Part shown: positions 23,692 through 34,557 of the stretch, piece after piece
Position numbering within the stretch: position 1 is the stretch's first letter
How the letters are laid out: every line of letters begins with the position of its first letter
Source of the DNA: Strigamia acuminata
Taxonomy: Eukaryota
DNA length: 64,000 nt
Assembly: GCA_949358305.1 (NCBI GenBank)
Contig: OX442314.1
Span: forward strand, 24,118,001 to 24,182,000
Direction of reading: 5' to 3'
Program-made: the position numbers and the translations under genes
Notes under the pieces: generated by a model
The model's input: only the letters and a program-made list of their open reading frames with translations
Databases searched by the model: none
Told to the model about the DNA's origin: nothing

Positions 23692-24470
23692 TCATTTTTG
23701 AGATAAGACAATAAGGACATTTCCTGATGCCAGGTATTTCGGTGCTTCCACTGCGTTCTTATTCTGTGGATGTCCTACAAAATTTGCAGTCTGCACGTCT
23801 GTGGCCTTTTCCACCGCATGACAAGCACTTGTCTGGGTCGCGTTGGTGTTTCGCACCCGATGGCTTCTGTTGTGGTCCAGTGGTGCCCCTTGAGGAGCGT
23901 TTGCCACTTTTGCACGCATCCGTATTGTGTTTAGCAGCGTTGCCGACTTGGTGAACGGTTGTGGACGTGTCGGCGAAACTCATGACGTCGGAGCTAGCCA
24001 ACTCAGCTGCTATGGCGGCAGCTAAAGCTTTCTCGAAGGTGAGATTGCTCTGCAGGTAGAGCGTTTCCAAGACCGCACGCATGTTGAGGCCAAAAATGAA
24101 TTGATTTCTCAATTCATTGTTGAGATTATCACCCAACTCACAATATGTCGTGAGCGCTTGTAAAGCGTCAGCAAACTCCGTAACCGTCTTGCCTTTGTTG
24201 CGACGACGCGATCAGAAGCGAATCAGCTCACCCTGGGCCAGCGGCTTCGGTTTCTGGTGTTTTTCCACGAGCTGCACGATTTCGTCGTATTTCATCGTTG
24301 TAGGATCTTTGGGTCGGACCAAATCCATGATTTTCTGCACGATTGCAATCCAGACATAAGCCAACAGGTAGTTGACCTTGCCGGCGTCTTCGGTTATTTT
24401 ATTGCACGCAAAGACGCACTTTATTTGGAACAAATAGGTGGCGAATCAACCTATGGATTGTAATTCCTGG
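23692..24470 (-). pseudogene. Decayed Ty3/Gypsy gag fragment
   Basis: Frameshifted pieces DLVRPKDPTTMKYDEIVQLVEKH, LRNQFIFGL...LTFEKAL and the knuckle CLSCGGKGHRRADC. Confidence 0.8.
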
Positions 24471-24612
24471 GGTTGCCGGTCAGTGGCATTGAAACGACAA
24501 AATAATACGAAAATGAGAATCGTGTTGAAAAAACTCACGAAGAAATTTTAGGGCTAGCACGCGCGCACGTGGTCGGAAAGTCTGAAAATCGTCGACAATT
24601 GCATTAAAACAC

Positions 24613-26400
24613 TCAAAACTTGTGGATAATGTTTTTGAAACGAATATCCCATCCCTCCTCGCTAATTAAAGTGTTCTTTGATTGGAATTGTATCGATGGT
24701 GTTGGATATAGAAGCAGCGAACTCAGGAGTCGACCATTGTACTCAAGCTTATTTGCATATACTCTTTCCACACTCAAGAGGAGCCGTGGAATCTTGGCTC
24801 CCATTGGCCGAGCCATTTCACTTGTGTAGTGATACGTAAAAAAAGACCCAAAACACTAGAATTGCATTATACAGATATACAGATATAAATAGAAGTACAG
24901 ACATTGCAATAGATTTTCTGTCCTGACAAAGCAAACGATCAACTTAACGGACATGCATTTTAAAACAAAAAGAACATAAAACTTTATTTTTAAAATGGAA
25001 ATTACTTTTTATTCTAGAGTAACATTAAATGTACATCATTTCAATCATTATTCTACTGAAAACGACTAAAAATCATAGGGAACTACTTTTCCTCGTAGCA
25101 GAAGTTCAACTACAGTTCTGAGTAATCAGACTAGGCCAATGGGAGCCAAGATTCCAGGGTTCCTCTTGAATGTGGAAAACAGTATCACGTGACACGCTGC
25201 AGTTGATACGATCGCTCGAGCAACAAGTGTGCGTGTTGCATGGTCCGTGCAGAGGATTACGTATTTGTTGCCATCATCTGTCAATGGTAACGGGCCAATG
25301 TGATCAATTGAAATCACTTAAAACGATTCCACTGGAATTTGTCGTGGGTGTAAGTAACCAATGGGTTTCGTTGTTCGACGATTTGTTCGTTGACAAATTT
25401 TGCAGCTTTCGACAAAAGTTTTAACATCTTTCTCTAGAGTTTTCCACCAGAGTTTGGCCTGGATGCTGGCTTTCGTGCGTGCTTTATCCATGTGCCCATT
25501 TTCGTTGTGAAATTTGTTCAAAATTTCCCCACGAAGCGATGTTGGAACAACGATTTGAACTTTGGTGTACTTTTTTGCATTTGTGTACGAACGACACAGT
25601 ATGCCCGACAAATTAATGTGAAATTCCTTAGACAATTTCAGGTATCTTGGGTTTTCCGTCGGTTTCCTCTTGATGATCGTCGAAATTTCCAGTAATTCCG
25701 CATCCGAACGTTGTAACAGCTTCAATCTCGATCCTTCTGTGACCAACACCAAGGCAGCGCTTAATGGCGGCCTTGATAGCGCGTCAGCGACCCCATTTGC
25801 TTGTCCTGCTTTGTGGTGGATCTGTAGTGGCAGTTCCTGAAGATCCAATGCGATGCGTGCAAATTTTTTATTTATCTGCTTGGATGCATTGAGGTAAGAA
25901 ACGCACCATTGTTCGTCCACACGTGCACTTTCTCCAATCCAATGACATAAATCCGAAATTTTTCCATCAACGCCCAGTGCAATGCAAGGCACTCGAGTAA
26001 GTTGAAATGCATTGTTTCTTCACGTGGCGTGGTTGTTCGGCTTGCGTATTCGATGACAATTTCATTTTTGCCGTCGAATTGTGACAAACAAGCACCATAG
26101 CATCGTGCCGACGCATCAACATGGATGTGTGTTTCCCTTTACGGTGAAAAATGTTCCAAAATCAGTGGTGACTTCAATTTTTCTTTGAGGATTCGTGTTG
26201 CTTCAGAGTGTTCCGCTGTCCATCCTACTATCTCCGTGTTGGTGGATTTTCCGCGGGCAACTTTGGCAATTTCCGTTTTCCTGCCCCGTAACAGCAACGA
26301 AAGCAGTCTGACGATCAATGCATACCCTTCGATAAATTCCTCTTTGTTGACGTTCATCTTGAAGGTCTTTGATGTCCAATTCCATCAGCTGATTGTATCG
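24613..26400 (-). pseudogene. Decayed Ty3/Gypsy pol fragment (RT end, RNase H, integrase)
   Basis: Pieces IEYASR...LECLALHWAL, HKAGQANGVADALSR, FHNENGH...CKIC and ISIDHIGPLP, split by frameshifts and by a MITE. Confidence 0.85.
24762..25182. mobile_element. TA-flanked MITE inserted into the decayed integrase
   Basis: ~45-bp inverted repeats TTTCCACA(C/T)TCAAGAGGA..C.TGGAATCTTGGCTCCCATTGGCC with TA on both sides; integrase-like text appears to resume beyond it. Confidence 0.7.
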
Positions 26401-26877
26401 TAGCTGATTCATGGGTTGGGTCGCCATCTGGTGTCGAAATTTTGAACCGGGAGTTGAAATTGCCATTTGGTGAAATAGTCCGTTTTTTGACAAAAATGTT
26501 GATAAAATGAAACGTTTAGGCAGTAAAAGCGATCGAATTTTGTCTTACTGTTCCCGTGACATCATTTTTCACTCACGAAAATGTCGTATTGTTCACACAA
26601 AAATTTCTTCCCTTTCAAGTTCACAAATTTCTCAGATTTCACTTCACAAAATTCTTTTCGAATGTCGACTGCGCCATGTAACACAAGAAAATGTCGGCTG
26701 ACTCCTTGAGGTCGAATTTGAGTCCAAGTCGAGTTGTAAAATGTAAAACGAAAGATGTTTACTTGCATTTAACGGCAATTTTACATTGCGCGTCGTTTCG
26801 ACTTGCCATCTTGATAACAAGTGCGCTCTAGCGTCGCTTACAAAAAACGAACTTAAAGATAACAGAAAAGGTCACTA

Positions 26878-27252
26878 CCGTCCTCACCCGAATACAACAC
26901 CATGGTGTTATAATCAGCCAACATCATGGAAGTTTGTTGAAAAAGTAAAATTGTTATTTACTCTGGAAATTTGTATTCATTACGCTGATTAAAAAAACAA
27001 AAAAAATATATAAATTGACAAAAACAAGGATACCGGTATACTGTACGGTTTAAATATTTTTATCCAAATCTGAATGTAACACCATGGTGTTGTATTTGAA
27101 AACAATAAAAAATGGGGGTGAATTCGAATATAACACCATGGTGTTATAGCTGAAGTGGTGTTATATTCGAATTTTTCAACAATGTTTCAAAAATGACAGT
27201 TTTCAACAAAACTCTAATACAACACCATGGTGTTATTTTCGGGTGAAGACGG
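26878..27252. mobile_element. Tc1/mariner (pogo-like) MITE
   Basis: TA|CCGTCCTCACCCGAATACAACACC...GGTGTTATTTTCGGGTGAAGACGG|TA; four internal AACACCATGGTGTT palindromes. Confidence 0.8.
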
Positions 27253-27289
27253 TAGGTGACTACAAAAATTATACGACATGATGCTTACA

Positions 27290-27952
27290 GTCCGTCCGTC
27301 TGTCCGCATCCATATCTCAAAAGCTAGAGCAGCTAGAGCAAAACGGACAACGGCAATAAATTCAGCATACCTGTATTAGTATTCTAGGGTCTTTTTGCAA
27401 TTTTCCGACCTCCGGTTGAATTAATACACGTTTTTGTACACTTTTAGCCGTCTAACAATACTACTTCTGTCCGTGAGCCATGAAATCTTCGTCGCGATAC
27501 GTTTTTTGATGTTTACTATATGGAAGTGAGGTCCAAAAATTCTGAAACCAAGCCTAATCGATTGGAAATCCAAATCTACATGACCCTGTATATTTTTTAT
27601 TTTGATTTGGTCGAAAAAAAATATCGTTACGTTCGACGAAATTCGGCAACCGCATTGCAAATTCAGTGGGAGATTTGAAAAAGACCGATTTTTAAAACTG
27701 AACAATTTGAATGTTTAAATCAAGATTCCTATGTGTAATTTGCCGCTGAAAACGATGGCGTGGTTAGTTTTTTAATCAAATATAGTAATAAAGACGAAAA
27801 AAGCGAATTACGGCGAATATTGGAATAACCTGCATTGCAGTAAAGCCCCCCCCCCCCTGTCTCCTAGCAACAGATCGTAGCAGACGAACACGCGAACAGA
27901 GTTTAGAAGTCTAATACGTAATGCTTCCCTGCATTACAGATGTTTACTTGTT
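27290..27952. mobile_element. DINE-1/Helentron-like interspersed element
   Basis: GTCCGTCCGTCTGTCCG microsatellite; blocks shared with 578-930; terminal hairpin GTAATGC...GCATTAC then CTTGTTTT, as at 1196-1232. Confidence 0.55.
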
Positions 27953-28224
27953 TTCTGCTCCCTATTAATCTAGGACGATTTACTAAATCGTCCTAGCTGT
28001 AATTAAGGTAGGAATTTGAGAACAAAAAAATGGTGGAATGAATAATTGGAAAAATCGTGCTGTAATTATTATTCCATCGAGACAACAACAATTGTTGTGC
28101 CTGTTGCCATTATTGAATCATTCGAAAGAAAGCTATTCCTTATTCTAATCGGCCCCGTGAATTCATCTACTACTATTCCACTACTGTTTTTATAAGTGTC
28201 TACAATTTTTAAACAAAATTAAAT

Positions 28225-29845
28225 ATGAAGAAATTAAAAGAAATGACTTTAGACATCGTTATCGACTGCGCTTTGAAATGGCGGGCAGAACAAATTCACG
28301 AAGATCTAATGAGAACCACACTACGTTTAATCACCTATTTTGACAAACTACGTAAGTGACTCCCGGATGTGTGAATTTATTTTGCTATTATTAATATACA
28401 CGGTCTAATTTAGCCGAAAATATTCGTGACGAAATTCTGACCCGATACCTTGTGACTGGTGTTTGGCATCCTAGTGGTCATCGCGCGCTGCCAGAGGCGC
28501 GGGTCATTGCACTATTTCTACACAAAGAGCTGAAAATACTTCGAATGAAATTTAGAAGCGCAAGCTTTGATTTTGATTTTTTCCTTAAAGTTAGCGGCTA
28601 CTTAAAAGTCCGTATAAACAGAGAACTAACGTCCACACAGCACTTGAACGTTGGATATTCGATGTTTTTGGAAATACACATTTGATGGGGGATAAAAATG
28701 AGATTTAGTGTTTGGTTAAATAAGGAATATCCAAAAGGCACAGACGTGCACCATGCCATTGCTGTGTGCGACATTTGTTGTAAAAGATGTGTTTTAATTT
28801 TTCTAATTGTGTCGCATAGAACCTGATAGAGCTGGAACTGCCCGAGGAGAGTACGCTCACAGTCGCTGCGTGCGAAGAAATGTGCTACGTTATGCCGAAT
28901 CTTCAGAAACTCGATCTTTCTGGGTGTCATGTTGAACACGACGCGATGAGACACATCGCCAAGCTGCGACTCGTCGAGCTCGACCCTGGAGTGAGCATCA
29001 CGGAAAGTGATGTGGAACAACTCTGTAAAGACGAATCCATGGCCAAGAACACTCTGCGAGTGCTCAAACTGGGCAGATCAGACGTTTCGCTCGACTCCTT
29101 CAATTTGGTATTGAAAACGATGGAATTGATCGAAGATATGGATTGGTTCGAGTCTGCCGTTTTAGGCTGCTGGCATTCGAGATGCTACTTCAAAAAGCAA
29201 TACAATATCAAGAAAATGTGTTTCACTTTCCAAGACGAATTTCACGACCAGTATCACAATGAGATGGATATAGCCGTGGCCACGTGTCTTCAAGTCTGCA
29301 ACGTCCGAATCGTTACGGAAATTTTCACCCCAAAAATGTTGCACACACTAGCGAAGTTTAAGGAGTTGAACACTTTATTCATTGGCTTGGCCCATAACTT
29401 GCCTGTCAAAAGTTTCTACAAAAATGAGGAGTATGATCGACTTTGTTCGCGCAACTTGTGTTTTCCTAATTTAGTGGAATTCTCCTTATCCGACAACGTC
29501 GATGGCTTGATTACCTCCCGTTATTTTCTCCCAATATTGGTCATGTTTCCGAATCTTGAGACACTTCAACTTCTACAGGGCAAATGTTTCACAAACAAAA
29601 TTGCGCGTGAGTTGGCTACGATTATGGCGACGAAGAAACTGAAACATTTGGTAATTAAAAACTGCAATTCGTTGGGCCCAAGCGGAATTAAAGATCTTTT
29701 GGAAATCCCTTCTTTGACCGAGTTTCGGGCGGATTTGGTTGTTACTGAGATCATGAACCAACTCTTTCACGCCCACCCGATACAGGAAACAGCGGATAAA
29801 CATGGTGTTAATTTGATGCTCAATCTCACTATCTTAGACGAATAA
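28225..29845 (+). CDS. Leucine-rich repeat protein; probable join(28225..28351,28414..28589,28820..29845)
   Basis: Phase-compatible splice sites (C|GTAAGT, TTTAG|CC, AAA|GTTAGC, CATAG|AAC). LRR units PNLQKLDLSGC, TLRVLKLG, FPNLETLQL and KKLKHLVIKNC. The middle exon structure is less certain. Confidence 0.75.
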
Positions 29846-30509
29846 TTTGGGCGACGTTTGAAACATTTTTCCAATGTTTTTTTTCAACCAGTATGAGCCG
29901 TTCTCGTACATTGAAACACGACACAAACTACCAAAAATCCACTGTGCTGCTTGCCAGAAATTCCATAATTAATCAACTCGTTTGTGAAATATTTGCAGCT
30001 GTCACTGCAACTTGAAACCCATTTGTGATGAGTGTTTTTATTGTTCCACTGCCATTTTGTTTTCCATCATAGCATTGTAAATTCCCATTCCGAATTTCCG
30101 TTTCGAGGATTGTTCTACGTCAAAAAAATCCTGGAATTGAATAATTGGAAACATTGTGAAATTATTAATCGATTGAGAATAAAAATAATTGTTGTGTACG
30201 TTGTCATTGTTGGATCATCGTAATGACAGAAATCATTCGTTATTCTAATCGGCTTCGTGAATTCGTCTAAATTGTCCAGATTTGTCTTGAAGTGAGACAA
30301 ATCTGGCGTTAGCTTTTGAGAAAGATTTTTTGTCTTCCTTTTTAAATAATTTAGTTTAATCCACGATTAAAGGTTCATTTTGTCCCCCCTTTTTTTTCCG
30401 GGAATTTGCCAAAATAATGTTTTTTTGCAAAAAAAACACAAAAAACACCACAAAACACTAGCAAAAATTTTAAAAGACACATTTTATTCAAATTAAAGTA
30501 GAATTACTG

Positions 30510-31499
30510 TTAATTATTCTCTTCCAGATTTAAAAAGTAGGCCTTTAAAAAACAAAAAGCATTCAAGGAAAAATCACTCTGAGAATCGTAATCGTCATCG
30601 TCACTATCCGCATCTACACTATCCGATTCCAAAGCAGACAAATCATTTTCTTCTTTGTCGTCTAGGTCAACTACAGAACTTTCTTCCTCCATTTCCGTTT
30701 GGTTATTTCTTTTTTTATAAATAACATCCAAAACCGCTAGATGAATTCCTTGATTATAACATAATTGGTGCTGATACTCAGATAACCGTCCAAATTTCTC
30801 TATCACCGAAGCTCCATCAGTGGTTGATGCTACTACATCCGAACCTTTAATCCCAAATTCGCACAGTTTAGCATTCAAAAGTCCAACGGTTTTTTCAGCT
30901 GTACAGCTTCCAATTATTCGAACTAATCCTAAGTTTGTGTGGCGTTGATTGAAATGAATATTCACATTTAGATACTGTCGGTTCCTCAGACTAGTCCATT
31001 CATCTAAAGTAACACTAAATTTCCCATTCCCAGTTGTAAACAACTTAATTTTTTCGGTAACCATAGACTTTGCCAATCCATAAAATTCATGAACTAATTT
31101 CATGACATTATATGGATCTTTTGGCAAGCTGAAATCTCGAGCAGTTAGTGAATGTCGAATGAAATCACTTCTACAAATTCCATGTATTGAAAACCCATCA
31201 ACAGCAGCAAGCTTAGCAACAATTTCTGCCAAAGATTGACGTTTTGTGTACGATAAAATCGATTGTTGCACTTTAGGTTTTTTCGTAATAATACTACTGG
31301 AACTGGCACTGCTAGTGGCGGCGGAAACCTCTTCATCCTTGCGCTTACGTACATTTATATTATGTTTGCTGTATAGATGTCGTATTAAGCCACTTGTTGA
31401 TCCTCCTTTGCAACATAAAACTTTGTTTGGACAGATAAGGCATTTTGCTGTATCTCCATTGCCTTGTTTTACAAAATGATTCCACACAGAATCAGACAT
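30510..31499 (-). pseudogene. Truncated hAT transposase with BED zinc finger
   Basis: SVWNHF...AKCLIC...GSTSGLIRHLYSKH BED finger; TLDEWTS and TTDGAS catalytic aspartates; CYNQGIHL. The C-terminal part (catalytic Glu, dimerisation domain) is absent. Confidence 0.88.
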
Positions 31500-31666
31500 G
31501 ACGGCAATATGAGATTGAGAATGCGACGGGAATGCAACGGGAATGCGAAGCGATTGCAAATGCGACGAGAATGCGATGTGTATGCGACGGCAGAGTGAAT
31601 GCAATAGGAATGTGAAGCGAATGCGGAATGAATGTGACCGGAATGCGACAGGAATGCGATATATAT

Positions 31667-33418
31667 TGTGATGATTACAAATCCGTATTTATCAATGTTC
31701 ACAATAGATGGCGCTGTTTACAACACGCGCGTAATTCAAACTCGATAAAACTAAAAAGTGTGATAAATAATTATTTAGACACGGTGAATAAAATATAACT
31801 ATTTTATTCGACATAAACTAAGTATTAATTACTTGATGATGTTGATTCTGTTGAATCAATATCCACGTTACTTACCTGTCGACGGGAACCAATCGGACCC
31901 TTCCGGACCCCAACTGGGCCCATCTGGACATAGTCATATATTAGGTCCGGACTAGTGACCCACGAATCCGCCGATTCGTACGCTGATTGGCTGTCGCCAA
32001 TCTAGTAGTTCTACAGAACTATATAAGCATCAGTTTCTCACCCACTAATCCCCCTGGCTTGATAACTGAACTTGTATATTGTCTGTAGTTGAATTGTTAT
32101 CGTTTGATTTCATTATTCTCTATCGACACATCAGGCCACCTCAGCTCTCCACAGTTAGTATTCATTACTATTTTGTTATTGCTGTTGTAGGGCTATTTCG
32201 GGAAGGCTAACTCCGGTAATAGACATGCATTCGCATGAAATGGCCCCGTAACGTTAGCCAGCTGTTCTACGGGACAGTAGGACTTCGTACGGTGGCTTAA
32301 TATAACGGTCGTATACAGTACGACCTTGCTAAATGAAAATAGGTCCCTCAGCTAACTGGCCACAGTCCGCTGCAGGATGGTTGTTGTAAACAACCCACGC
32401 AGGTTCCCGTCTTTCTACGATTGGTCCTTCCGCTCGTTAAAAGTCGGTAAAGGCCTAATGCACAGGTAACACGCCGGGTTGGTAGCCCGTGAGTAATATC
32501 TTCAAGATGTTGCGATAAACAACTACCTGGATAATGGTAATCCAACGGCAGTGGCCGATTAATATTTTACCCGGTGCTCGATCATTTGGATCCCGCCATC
32601 GTAAGGCATGCTGGCGGATGGAGGAGTCAAATCCTCCCGCGATGGTTCTCTCGACCGTCGTGACGGTCCCCGCCCCATCGTACCCTCCGGGTTAGTAACC
32701 CGTGAACAGGAGTTGAATAACACTGTGTTAAATAAATTACTCGGGCATTGGTAATCCTGTATTGGCAATATCTTTTTATACCGGTAAGTCCATAGAAATG
32801 TTTACCTGGTGGATGGTACCACCGATAGCGAGTTAAAGCACACAATTAAATACTCGGCGCCTGATCACGAGATCTTGTCGTCGTAAGGCATGCTGGCGGA
32901 TGGAGTCTCAACAACTCCCGCGACGTTCTTTCAATTGTCGTGACGGTCCCCGCCCAATTAATATTTATACGACAATTCATTTGTTGTATTCCACTAATCA
33001 CTTTACCTTTGTTCATTTGAGACAATGGAATATTCTGCCGAATATTCCTGTTTATGCGAAGGACTCCTCGCATATTTAGATACTCGAGCTGCGGACCAAA
33101 TACGTCTCCGTAGCGATGTTTGTGACGATGTCGCAAGTCAGCCGTATCCCTCTGGCTTCGCCCGGATCCTCAACCAGTTGATGCCGCCCGTTTACACGCG
33201 TCAAGAACCCAATTATGTTATCCTTAATATTTAGTAATAAATATGTTAAGTCACACTAAAACTGTAAGTTATTTCTACTTGATCACATATTCATGTTTGT
33301 AAGGGCTTCCGTAGCTTATCTCGGTTAGGTTGTTGCTAAACTTAGCAACGTCTTGTATAAACCGAATTATCTATTTCTTAAAGGACTAATAAATTAGCCC
33401 AAAAGTAGAATCGTCACA
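31667..33418 (+). repeat. 5' LTR of element B
   Basis: Direct repeat of 44112-45863 with no difference noticed. CCAAT-type motifs (~31889, 31985, 31997), TATATAA at ~32020 and AATAAA at ~33236. Confidence 0.97.
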
Positions 33419-33420
33419 AG

Positions 33421-33438
33421 TGGAGGTTCTACCGAGAT
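33421..33438 (+). promoter_or_regulatory. Primer-binding site, tRNA-Gln
   Basis: TGGAGGTTCTACCGAGAT, 2 nt after the LTR; compare the tRNA-Gln PBS TGGAGGTTCCACCGAGAT. Confidence 0.9.
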
Positions 33439-34557
33439 AGGCTGCCAAATTTTAAATAAAATTTGAAGTTTTGCATGTCTATGATGAATTCGAGTAGTGT
33501 AACGTTTATGGTGATTTTTGTGTGTAAAATAAATTTCGTTTGAGATTTATAAGTGTTTAATATATTTTATTTATTTTATTTTTGTCTTAAATTTTGTTGA
33601 AAAGATAATAAGTGTAACACACTTTGTTCTTTATTCTCCGCCGTGGAAATTATACGTTTTAACAAAATAATAATTTCTACCGCGTGGTCAGGCCTAAAGG
33701 CCTAACCCCGAGAATGGGAGTCTTGCCCGAACTTGTTGAAGCTTGGTTCCGCCCGGGTAATGCCATTTTGTCGTAGACAATCTGACAAAACCACGCGGTC
33801 GGGCCTAATTTTGAAAAGTTGACTTTTTTAATGGAATTCTTAAAGAATTCTATCAATTTAACAGTTGTTTTAATTTTTAGAATATTCTTTTATATGTATT
33901 TTGCTTGAGACTTCAAGTTAAACCTAAATTTATTTGCCTAAATAAATTAGAAAGAAAATTGACATTTTTTCCGAGAAGTAAAATTTATATTTTATTTCAA
34001 ATGGGTTTACCTTAATTTACAGACTTAATCTACATTAAAATGTTGGTTAAAAATCGTGATTTCAAGGCGTTGGAATCAAAATTTTACGAATGGAGTACCG
34101 TTCGAATTTTAGCGAAGAAAGAATTCTCGCTGTTGTGTTGCCTAGCAACCCATGTTGTGCAGAAAAGCCGTCGATTCAAACGAATTGGCACGTCTTTTGA
34201 AATTACGAGTTTTAAAACTTTAAAAATTCCACAAAGGTGATCATTCATTTATTAATAGATGCAGTGATATGTTAAAATATTTTTGAAAAGTATCCATTTT
34301 GTTTGGTGACTACGTCATAACCCTGAAATCTGACCAGATTAAGGTTCCACGAACTTAGTGATTTCCACCAATCTCGGATGAGATTGGACTCTCGCGAGAC
34401 TAGCGTTGATGCTTGACCAATCATAGAGGTGTATTGAAGTACCCATACTTCCATTCGAACTAGTGTGACCACTGCTTCGTTTGCGATCCTCCTGAACGTT
34501 TGCAACTTCATCGTTATCTCTCCGACTTAGGAAATTTTCTTAGTTTTAAGTTTAGTT

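Noticed and set aside
32190..32259. HDV-like or twister ribozyme in LTR B
   Set aside because: Crossing helices are present, but the P3/L3, P1.1 and twister core consensus are not; kept only as unassigned structure.
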